Source: Clostridia bacterium (GTDB taxonomy: Bacteria; Bacillota; Clostridia; Christensenellales; Borkfalkiaceae). Taken from it: 64,000 bases of DNA. Every line of letters begins with the position of its first letter. Positions within the stretch are counted from its first letter, which is position 1. Of the stretch, positions 19,759-27,607 are shown piece by piece. The stretch covers positions 33,062 to 97,061 of the forward strand of contig JAFVQT010000036.1 of assembly GCA_017504655.1 (NCBI GenBank), read 5' to 3'. Below the pieces are notes generated by a model. The model did not search any database and was not told the origin of the DNA. It worked only from the letters and a program-made list of their open reading frames with translations. Made by a program: the position numbers and the translations under genes.

Positions 19759-20304
19759 GTGAAAAGATTTATTGTATTTATGTTAGTTTTTGTATTATCG
19801 GTTTGTCTTATTTGCTGTGGAGGAAAAGAGGAAAGCTCAAAAAGCAGTGAAAAGACATCAGAAATACAGTCGGTTGAAAGTGTAGAGTCCCTTGAAGAAA
19901 GTCAAAGTCAGATTGAGAGTGAGGAGCAAAGTCAATCTCAGTCAGACGGAGAAGAAAGTGCTTCAGACGTGGAAAGCTCTTCCGATATAGAAAGCTCTTC
20001 AGATGAAGAAAGCACTTCGGAGGAAGAAAGCGAGTCTGAAGAGGTCGACACCTATTACACCGTAACGTTTGACTCAAACGGCGGTAGCCAAGTAGCCGAC
20101 GCAACCGTAAGGGCGGGCGACAAGGTTGCAAAGCCAACCGACCCTAAAAAGTCAGATAAAGACGGAGAGTATGAGTTCGTTCGTTGGTTATATAACGGTG
20201 TAGAGTGGAATTTTGACATGGACACGGTTAGCGGAGATATTACTTTAGTTGCCGAGTGGAGAAAGGTTGAAGGGTATACCCCTCCTTTCTTGCCGGAGGA
20301 CTGA
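19759..20304 (+). CDS. Small lipoprotein with a Ser/Glu-rich low-complexity linker and a C-terminal Listeria-Bacteroides (Flg_new-type) repeat domain.
   Basis: The lipobox is LSVCLICCGG. The C-terminus YTVTFDSNGGSQVADATVRAGDKVAKPTDPKKSDKDGEYEFVRWLYNGVEWNFDMDTVSGDITLVAEW matches the repeat signature Y.V.FdsnGG...P.r.GY.F.gW......dF....v..d.tL.A.W. The start is a GTG in the ORF track; an ATG at about 19782 is an alternative. Confidence 0.65.
   Translation: MKRFIVFMLVFVLSVCLICCGGKEESSKSSEKTSEIQSVESVESLEESQSQIESEEQSQSQSDGEESASDVESSSDIESSSDEESTSEEESESEEVDTYYTVTFDSNGGSQVADATVRAGDKVAKPTDPKKSDKDGEYEFVRWLYNGVEWNFDMDTVSGDITLVAEWRKVEGYTPPFLPED
19850..20050 (+). repeat. Coding low-complexity Ser/Glu (GAA-AGC-rich) repeat within the 19759..20304 gene.
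   Basis: Short units such as gaaagctcttc[ag]gat and gaagaaagc are repeated. The translated sequence is SEEQSQSQSDGEESASDVESSSDIESSSDEESTSEEESESEE. Confidence 0.6.
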
Positions 20305-20435
20305 CAGCTTGGGCTTAAACTGCGACGTAAGGCTCTCCTTATGGCGTAGTTAATTTGTAAATAAGCAAAGGTGGCGGTATTAAGGCTTAATATACCTTTC
20401 CGCTACCGAGCAAAAAAAATAAATAGGAGAAAAAG

Positions 20436-23400
20436 ATGAAGAAATTACTATTAATCGTTTTATCTGTAGTTTGCATGCTCTCTTTATTTGCTTGTAAGGG
20501 AAATGAAGAGTCGGTAAAAGAGCACGTTTACGTTAAGCATGATGCTACTGCGCCAACTTGCGACACTGCAGGTAATCAAGAGTATTACACTTGTTCGGAC
20601 TGTGGCGCAATCTTTGATTCCGGCAAGAACGTTATTCAGAGCGTTCCTACCCTTCCTGCAACAGGACACAGCTATCAGCTCAATGAAGAGTCTGTAGGCG
20701 ACTGCGCGCATAAGGGAACGGTTTCACATTACGAGTGTACTGTATGTCACAAGCTTTTTGATTTGCTCAAAAACGAAATAACCTCAATCGAGGGAGATTA
20801 CGACTATGCAAACCACGCTCAAACGGCGTTTATGACGGTAAGCACAAATCCGGCTAAGCTTGCATATAAGGTAGGCGAAAGCTTTGACCCAACCGGTATG
20901 GTTGTAATTTGCAAGTGTGACTCTTGTGATGGCACGGTTATTGACAACAGTCAGTTGACCTTTGAATATCAATCTGCAGGAGCAACTGCTTTTGGTGTTG
21001 GCGATACTAAAATAACGGTTCGTCTTGGTCAGATGTCTGCAGATGTTGCTGTTACCGTAGAGAGAAACCAAGCCGAAATCACGGGCGTATTAAGTACGTA
21101 TGAAACCTCTTGCGGAGTTGCTCCGGTAATCGAGGCTGTTTCAAGCGTTTCTTCATTGGAAATTCACGTAGAATATTTAGATGCAGACTCTAACGTTGTT
21201 AATCCTACGGATTTTGTTGCGGGCAATACCTATACCGCAAGAGTTTACGTTGAGGGCACTGATCAAATCGAGGGTGCAGAGGTTACTGCAACCGTTAACG
21301 TTGTTCACAGCCACCTCTGGGTAGAGGACAGCCAAGATGTAAACAAACTCGTTTACAGATGTGCATGCGGAGATCAAGAGGATTTTTACGCTTTAAGCAA
21401 TCAAGTAGTATACGTTGACAATGATGATATGTCTATCGACCTTTCCAAGCTTGTTGTAGGCACTTCAAATTACAGCGTTGTTGAAATTCAGCAGATTTTA
21501 CTCTTAAACGGGCATGAAAGAGTTGCAATCGAGGGTGAAAGCAACGGTTTTGTTTATACCTTCGACGTTGACAAATACGAAAAGACCGCCTTCGAGGTTG
21601 TAGAAGGCAATACAGTATATTATACTCCTTATGAGCTTGCTTTAGCGGTTTCCTTTGAAATCGAGGGCAGAAGCTGTACGGTTTCTATTATTTCTAAGTA
21701 CGTAGATAAGGTTATCAGGGATGCTGAAGATTTATTGACTCTTGCTTATGACGGCGAACCGATGAATGACACCGGTTATTCCAAGACGGGTCATTACGTA
21801 CTTGCAAACGATATCGATGCAACGGGCTTAGTGATTTCCGGCTCGACCCCCGCATTCCAAGCTGCAGTCGGCTTCCGCGGTGTTTTTGAAGGACAAGGTC
21901 ACTCCATCAGCAATCTTACTGTTCCCGCATGGTCAAACGGCTTATTCGGTGCTATCGGCTACGGCGCAAATATCAGAAACGTAAGCTTTGAAGACGTTAT
22001 AGTACCCGTTGAGGTTACTCAGGCAAGCGGTACTTACGTATTTGCATACGCTATCAGAAATGCAACGCTTTCTAACGTTTCCGTATCGTTTAGCGCAGAA
22101 TCTATCGGCTTTAAGTTAGCTTGCGAAATTAACGAAACGGTTATTGACAACGTCAGCGTTTATACTTCGGTAGGAGAAGAAGCTTCGTTTGCTGTTAACA
22201 AGGGCGACAGCGGTAGCGGTGATATTTCTTACGAATATATGCCGTTTGCAACTGTTACGTTTGATACCGACGGCGGAAATGCGATTGATCCTATCGAGAT
22301 AACCGTAGGTAAGAAGGTTGCAAGACCTGAAGACCCTACAAAGACATCTCCTGATTACGACTATGAATTTATCGGCTGGTATTTGAACAACGAAGAATAT
22401 GACTTTAACAGTGAAATTGCAGGTGATATAGTACTCGTTGCTAAATGGAATCAAACTGAAAAGGTTGATGTTCAAGCGTTAATTTCAAACCTTCCGGATA
22501 GCGTTACAATGCCTGATCATGCTTATTTCGTTTCAAGAATACTCGGAGCAAAGGCAGCTTACGATACGTTAACACCTGAAAAACAGGCTGAGATTACCAA
22601 TTATGCTAAATTAGAAAGCTTACTTTCTGATATTGATGGTTATGAAAGCGCATTTACGCAAGGCGTTTCTAAAGTAAACGTAATCCCTTCTTACGTTCCT
22701 AACTATACGTCTGCAGTAGGAGGAACGGCATCTATTACAAGCGACGAACTTTACGGAAACTCTTTAACAGTTGCTTCTGCAGTTGACGGAAAGGCAGCAC
22801 TTCATTATGAAAACATTCCATCAGTTGCGAGATACGAAAAGATCTATTTCTTTGTAAAAGTAAGCGTTAGCTGTGATATTTACTTGTCTGACGGTATTAC
22901 TAACGACGGTTGGGGCGACAATTGGAAAAACACGTGGTCTGCAAGCGGTTATTGGTGTAATGCCGACAATTGGAGACTAATTGAGATCAACGTTGCAGAC
23001 GGTTACGTAGGTGAGAACTTTGCTATAGGCTTCAGAACTAATGAAACCGGATTTACTTTTGAAGTAACCGATTTTGTCGGCGTTTGCAAATCACCTGTTG
23101 CTACGGGCTTAACTTTCGGTAACTTTGTAAATAGCGGAAGCACTAACGATCACGGTGTTGTATACAACTTTACTCAAGGCTGGTCGAGCGCGACCGATAT
23201 GGGTGCATTTAATCAAGGAGCATTGAAAAATGCCGTTGCAGAGGGATATGATGCGCTTTGCTTCTGGATTTACAATCCAAATGCAACGGACGTTAACTTT
23301 ACGTTTAACGGAGATATGAATGCTTGGGCGCCTTCGGGAGATCAGGTAACAACCTTAAAGGCAAACGAATGGACTAAGGTTGTAATAACGCTTGAAATTA

Positions 23401-23498
23401 TTGAGATGGGCAATAGCGGTACGTGGTTTGTTAACGTTTCGTCGGGTGCAAACGTAAGCGGATGGCAGATATCTGCAATTTATGCAATTATATTTTAA
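20436..23498 (+). CDS. Large (1020 aa) surface lipoprotein with a Cys-rich N-terminus, a beta-helix-like GLFG-motif domain, a Flg_new-type repeat, an NLPDSVTMPD helical motif, and a C-terminal ~470-aa module paralogous to the repeats in 11528..16744.
   Basis: The lipobox is LSLFAC. It has CxxC pairs (CSDCG, CTVCH), the Flg_new match ATVTFDTDGGNAIDPIEITVGKKVARPEDP...YEFIGWYLNNEEYDFNSEIAGDIVLVAKW, and a C-terminal module VIPSYVPNYTSAVGGTA...YLSDGITNDGWGDNWKNTWS. Confidence 0.7.
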   Translation: MKKLLLIVLSVVCMLSLFACKGNEESVKEHVYVKHDATAPTCDTAGNQEYYTCSDCGAIFDSGKNVIQSVPTLPATGHSYQLNEESVGDCAHKGTVSHYECTVCHKLFDLLKNEITSIEGDYDYANHAQTAFMTVSTNPAKLAYKVGESFDPTGMVVICKCDSCDGTVIDNSQLTFEYQSAGATAFGVGDTKITVRLGQMSADVAVTVERNQAEITGVLSTYETSCGVAPVIEAVSSVSSLEIHVEYLDADSNVVNPTDFVAGNTYTARVYVEGTDQIEGAEVTATVNVVHSHLWVEDSQDVNKLVYRCACGDQEDFYALSNQVVYVDNDDMSIDLSKLVVGTSNYSVVEIQQILLLNGHERVAIEGESNGFVYTFDVDKYEKTAFEVVEGNTVYYTPYELALAVSFEIEGRSCTVSIISKYVDKVIRDAEDLLTLAYDGEPMNDTGYSKTGHYVLANDIDATGLVISGSTPAFQAAVGFRGVFEGQGHSISNLTVPAWSNGLFGAIGYGANIRNVSFEDVIVPVEVTQASGTYVFAYAIRNATLSNVSVSFSAESIGFKLACEINETVIDNVSVYTSVGEEASFAVNKGDSGSGDISYEYMPFATVTFDTDGGNAIDPIEITVGKKVARPEDPTKTSPDYDYEFIGWYLNNEEYDFNSEIAGDIVLVAKWNQTEKVDVQALISNLPDSVTMPDHAYFVSRILGAKAAYDTLTPEKQAEITNYAKLESLLSDIDGYESAFTQGVSKVNVIPSYVPNYTSAVGGTASITSDELYGNSLTVASAVDGKAALHYENIPSVARYEKIYFFVKVSVSCDIYLSDGITNDGWGDNWKNTWSASGYWCNADNWRLIEINVADGYVGENFAIGFRTNETGFTFEVTDFVGVCKSPVATGLTFGNFVNSGSTNDHGVVYNFTQGWSSATDMGAFNQGALKNAVAEGYDALCFWIYNPNATDVNFTFNGDMNAWAPSGDQVTTLKANEWTKVVITLEIIEMGNSGTWFVNVSSGANVSGWQISAIYAIIF

Positions 23499-23515
23499 AA
23501 CTATATAAGCTATAG

Positions 23516-23550
23516 CAATAACTTGGGGCTTTGCCCCAAGTTATTGTTCT
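23516..23550 (+). terminator. Terminator hairpin after the 20436 gene.
   Basis: It has a 14-bp perfect stem caataacttggggc / gccccaagttattg with a 3-nt loop, followed by ttct. Confidence 0.6.
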
Positions 23551-23573
23551 AAAAAGATAAAAGGAAAGACATT

Positions 23574-26500
23574 ATGATAATACCTAATATTGAAGAAAGA
23601 CTTATAACTGTAATAAACAAATTAAGGAATTGGCGAATTGTAAAGGAAGAGTTTTTACCTGTAGTTTACACGGACGAGGTAAACGACAAAAAGGTTTTGC
23701 CAACAGGTTATACAAATTGGAAAACATTTGACCCTCCTTATACTATTTTTGAGCAGGAAAAATACTTTTGGTTTAAGTCTGAGTTTCAAATCAAAACCGA
23801 TAACGAGCATCAAAAGGGCTACTTTATAGCCGACACACATATTGATATCAGCCGAAATTCATCGACTATAAGGCCTCAGGGCTTATTTTATGCTAACGGT
23901 GAATTAGTCCAAGGTATAGATATTAATCACGGCGACGTGTATTTAAAGGACGGTAAGTACCAGACATATTTGCTTTTCTATACGCATACTTTTGATAGGT
24001 CGTTGCCTTTGGATTTTTCGATAAGATATATAGACGAGCGCATTGAAAAATTATATTACGATTTATTCGTGCCGTATCAAGGCTTAGTATTGCTTGATAA
24101 AAGGTCGAACGATTATATAAAATCAGTAACAGTAATAGAAAAAGCCTTGAATATTTTAGATTTAAGAGAGGTTTACTCTGAAGAATTTTACAGTTCAGTA
24201 GAGAAGACGTGCGCGTTTTTACAGGAAAACTATTATAACGGTGTTTGCGGTAGCGATAACGTCGTAAATCTCATAGGACACACTCATATAGACGTAGCGT
24301 GGATGTGGCCGTTATATCAGACCAAGCAAAAGGTTGAAAGAAGCTTTGCAACCGTGCTAAAGCTTATGGACGAGTACCCCAAATACAGATTTTTCATGTC
24401 ACAACCCCAGCTCTTTGCCTTTTTAAAGGAAAGAAATCCCGAGCTTTACAAAAGAGTTAAGCAAAGGATTTCAGAGGGCAGATGGGAGGTTGACGGCGCA
24501 ATGTGGGTAGAGGCGGACTGCAACCTGACGAGCGGAGAAAGCTTAGTCCGTCAGATTGCCTTTGGTAAAAGGTTTTTTAAGGAAGAATTTAATAAGGACT
24601 GCCAAAGCATTTGGCTTCCCGACGTATTCGGGTATAGCGCGTCCTTGCCTCAAATAATGAAAAAGAGCGGTTTAAGCTCGTTTGTTACGGCTAAAATCGG
24701 CTGGAACGATACCAACCGCATGCCTTACGATATGTTTAAATGGCGCGGTATAGACGGAAGCGAGGTGTTTGCATACTTTTTATCAACCTGTGAGTGCAAT
24801 CCAAGAGGCGGTGTGTTTGATAATACCTATACGACTTACACCGCACCAATCAATCCAATGTACGTGCTTGGTACGTGGAACAGATTTCAACAGAAGGAGT
24901 ATACCGATACCGTTATGATGAGCTACGGCTGGGGTGACGGTGGCGGTGGACCCACGAGAGATGATGCAGAACATCAAAAAAGACTTGAGTTTGGTATCCC
25001 CGGTATTCCTAAGGCAAAAATAGAAACCTTGGAAAATTCACTTGCTACAATCAAGAGTAATTTCGATAAAAATGCCGATGAGCTTGGCAGAATGCCTGTT
25101 TGGAACGGTGAGCTTTACTTTGAATATCACAGAGGAACACTGTCCAGCGTGCCCGAAGTAAAAATGAATAACAGAAAGGGTGAGTTTGCCCTTATGAATG
25201 CTGAGCTGTTCGGAGTTTTAGGCTCGTGCTTAGAGGGCTTGCCCTATGCTAAAGAAGAGATTGATAAGGATTGGAGATTGCTTTTATTAAATCAATTCCA
25301 CGATATTCTTCCCGGCTCATCAATAGGCGAGGTGTATAAAGATAGCGCAGAGCAGTTTAAAGAGCTGTTTGCAAGCACCTCGGGTATAATAGACGGTGCG
25401 CTTGATAAAATAGCGGGCGACGTAAAAACAAACGGTGGAATTTTAGTCTTTAACCCTAACGGATTTGTCGCAAACGGAACGGTAAAAATTGGCGATAACG
25501 AGCTTATAGCCCGAGATATTCCTGCTTTTGGATATAAAATCATTCAAAAGTCAAATTGTGAATCTACTGTAAAAGTTGACGGTATGACTCTTGAAAACAG
25601 TTATTACAAAATAATCTTTACAAGCACCGGAGATATTGTTTCTCTCTATGATAAGAGTAATCAGAGAGAGGTTTGCTTAAGCGGTCAGCCAATCAATAAA
25701 ATGGTTGCTTATCAGGATACGCCTTATCAATACGACAACTGGGAGATTACACCTTATCACAGACAAAACAGTTGGGCGTTAAATGGCGAGGCGAAATTTA
25801 CTCCTTTAAACGAGGGAGATAGAAAAGGCTTTAAAATTATTAAAAAATACGGCAAGTCGACAATAACTCAAAGGGTATATTTATATGAAGAGGGAATAGA
25901 CCGTATCGACTTTGTGACTGACGTTGATTGGAAAGAAAAGGCACAGCTTTTAAAGGCTCATTTCCCATTTGACGTTATGTCAAACAGCGCGCGCTATGAC
26001 GTGCAGTTCGGCCACGTTGAAAGAGCGTTACACGACAATACAAGCTGGGATAGCGCGAGGTTTGAATCTGCAGGTCAAAAATGGGTTGACGTTTCCGAGA
26101 ATAATTATGGCGTAGCACTTTTAAACGACGGCAAATACGGCTTTGGCACAACAGACGGCAACCTCTCGATGACACTTGTAAAATCAGCAGGCTTCCCGTT
26201 TGAGGGCGCAAACGACGTTATTCCGAGATTTACCTATTCAATCTTACCTCACGGTGGTAATTTTGCAAAGGGCGGTGTTGTTGAAAAGGCTTACGTTTTA
26301 AACAGACCTATGCTTTGTAAAGAGATTAAAGCTAACAACAACGGTCGCTTAAACGATGAATTTTCATTTATTAATCGACCTATAGACGGATTTATTATTG
26401 AAACAGTCAAGGCAAGCGAGGATGGAAACGGTATAATTATAAGAGGCTTTGAGGCTTATAAGGAAAGAAAGACCGTAAGGCTTAGCGTTCCGTTTGCAAA

Positions 26501-26615
26501 TGAATGCTTCCTTTGCGATTTGAACGAAAACGAGATAGAAAGATTAGAGTCTATTGACGGACAAATCAGCTTTACGGTTAAGCCATTTGAAATCGTTACC
26601 GTTAAATTGCATTAA
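23574..26615 (+). CDS. Cytoplasmic GH38 alpha-mannosidase (1013 aa).
   Basis: The N-terminal GH38 metal-site motif LIGHTHIDVAWMWP is present, the QFHDILPGSSI motif lies mid-protein, and there is no signal peptide. Its length is typical of bacterial MngB/ManA-like GH38 enzymes. Confidence 0.9.
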   Translation: MIIPNIEERLITVINKLRNWRIVKEEFLPVVYTDEVNDKKVLPTGYTNWKTFDPPYTIFEQEKYFWFKSEFQIKTDNEHQKGYFIADTHIDISRNSSTIRPQGLFYANGELVQGIDINHGDVYLKDGKYQTYLLFYTHTFDRSLPLDFSIRYIDERIEKLYYDLFVPYQGLVLLDKRSNDYIKSVTVIEKALNILDLREVYSEEFYSSVEKTCAFLQENYYNGVCGSDNVVNLIGHTHIDVAWMWPLYQTKQKVERSFATVLKLMDEYPKYRFFMSQPQLFAFLKERNPELYKRVKQRISEGRWEVDGAMWVEADCNLTSGESLVRQIAFGKRFFKEEFNKDCQSIWLPDVFGYSASLPQIMKKSGLSSFVTAKIGWNDTNRMPYDMFKWRGIDGSEVFAYFLSTCECNPRGGVFDNTYTTYTAPINPMYVLGTWNRFQQKEYTDTVMMSYGWGDGGGGPTRDDAEHQKRLEFGIPGIPKAKIETLENSLATIKSNFDKNADELGRMPVWNGELYFEYHRGTLSSVPEVKMNNRKGEFALMNAELFGVLGSCLEGLPYAKEEIDKDWRLLLLNQFHDILPGSSIGEVYKDSAEQFKELFASTSGIIDGALDKIAGDVKTNGGILVFNPNGFVANGTVKIGDNELIARDIPAFGYKIIQKSNCESTVKVDGMTLENSYYKIIFTSTGDIVSLYDKSNQREVCLSGQPINKMVAYQDTPYQYDNWEITPYHRQNSWALNGEAKFTPLNEGDRKGFKIIKKYGKSTITQRVYLYEEGIDRIDFVTDVDWKEKAQLLKAHFPFDVMSNSARYDVQFGHVERALHDNTSWDSARFESAGQKWVDVSENNYGVALLNDGKYGFGTTDGNLSMTLVKSAGFPFEGANDVIPRFTYSILPHGGNFAKGGVVEKAYVLNRPMLCKEIKANNNGRLNDEFSFINRPIDGFIIETVKASEDGNGIIIRGFEAYKERKTVRLSVPFANECFLCDLNENEIERLESIDGQISFTVKPFEIVTVKLH

Positions 26616-26714
26616 AATCTTTAAAATTTAAAAAATTTTGAATTTTGGATGCAAAATATAATTGAGTGTGTTATCATGTATAGGCAAATAACAGACATTA
26701 AGGAGCTTTGACGT

Positions 26715-27317
26715 ATGAGAAAAGATTATTGCCATTATTTTGATAAAAATTTACAAGAGGTCTTTTATGCCTATCAGCAGGCAATTAAGAGCAAGTTCGG
26801 CAAAGATGCCGACGCCTCGCCGTTTCATACACTTTCGTTTAGTATAGGCTTTTCGTTTAAATACAATATGAACGGAGGAAGCTGTCACGTACACCTCATG
26901 CCTTATTCCAACGGCACTGCAATTGACGTAAGATATTCAATTGCACAGCTTGCAATGGCAAGGTGCAGTGCACACGATAAGGATTTGACTGTTGCGGTAG
27001 AAAGGATTTTAGGAACAAGCGCACAGCCAATAGAGCTTGACGAAGAATTGTTTATGAAAAACAAAGAGAGCGGTACTGCGCAGTGCTCTTTAAATCAGCC
27101 TATGCAGAATCCGTCGTTACAGCCGCAAATGCAACCCGTGCAAAGAGAAACTCCCCCTGTGAGTCACACTCAAGCACCTGCCTTTGCGCAGGGGCAAAGC
27201 CGGGCTATGTCCTCGACGCCTGCTCAGAGCGGACTTGGAAGATTTTGTGTGAATTGCGGTACAAGATTTGACGGCGACGCAAAATTCTGCATAAAATGCG
27301 GAACAAAACGCCAATAG
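26715..27317 (+). CDS. Hypothetical protein with a Pro/Gln-rich linker and a C-terminal zinc ribbon.
   Basis: The C-terminus FCVNCGTRFDGDAKFCIKCGTKRQ is a CxxC...CxxC zinc ribbon of the same type found on four proteins of the downstream locus. Confidence 0.6.
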   Translation: MRKDYCHYFDKNLQEVFYAYQQAIKSKFGKDADASPFHTLSFSIGFSFKYNMNGGSCHVHLMPYSNGTAIDVRYSIAQLAMARCSAHDKDLTVAVERILGTSAQPIELDEELFMKNKESGTAQCSLNQPMQNPSLQPQMQPVQRETPPVSHTQAPAFAQGQSRAMSSTPAQSGLGRFCVNCGTRFDGDAKFCIKCGTKRQ

Positions 27318-27330
27318 TTAACAATTTTAA

Positions 27331-27376
27331 AAGACGCGCTATAAGGCCGATAATCGACTTATAGCGCGTCTTTTTT
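27331..27376 (+). terminator. Rho-independent terminator, copy 1 of a nearly identical hairpin pair (copy 2 is at 48032..48074).
   Basis: The 15-bp stem aagacgcgctataag / cttatagcgcgtctt encloses the loop gccgataatcga and is followed by TTTTTT. Confidence 0.75.
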
Positions 27377-27506
27377 ATTTTAAATTTTAAGCTTTAAATG
27401 CTTTTCTGATAACAGTAGATAAGGGCAGATTACCGTTTTAAATTCAATCTATATCTTTATAATATAATACAATAATAATTTTTATCGAGCTTTTTTGACA
27501 AAACTA

Positions 27507-27535
27507 TTGCAAAAAGGGATGCAAAGTGATAAAAT
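27507..27535 (+). promoter_or_regulatory. Candidate sigma-A promoter for the Ca2+-ATPase/TerD operon.
   Basis: The -35 element TTGCAA (27507-12) is separated by a 17-nt spacer ending in TGa (extended -10) from the -10 element TAAAAT (27530-35). A consensus TTGACA also lies at 27495-500. The start codon at 27608 is preceded by AAGGAGG. Confidence 0.4.
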
Positions 27536-27607
27536 AATTTTATAGTCATTAAGATGCCAACTTATTTTAATAAGTTTGATATCAAATTGCTAAGGAGGTA
27601 TACATCA

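Noticed and set aside
20304-20436. Nested palindromes (ggtggcgg…ccgctacc with inner tattaag/cttaata) in the intergenic region, as a possible small RNA or terminator.
   Set aside because: The arms are imperfect and not properly nested, and no U-tract follows. Structure alone gives insufficient support.
27554-27607. Upstream ATG starts proposed by the ORF track for several genes (27554 for the Ca-ATPase, 30880 for TerD-2, 43994 for the ATP-grasp gene, 56466 for GH2, 62381 TTG for the antiporter, 11519 GTG for the giant protein).
   Set aside because: In each case a downstream ATG is preceded by a well-spaced Shine-Dalgarno sequence (AAGGAGG, AAAGGAG, AAGGAG, GAGAGGG, GGAG, AAGAGG) and gives a sensible N-terminus. 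The longer versions overlap upstream genes or hairpins and lack an RBS.
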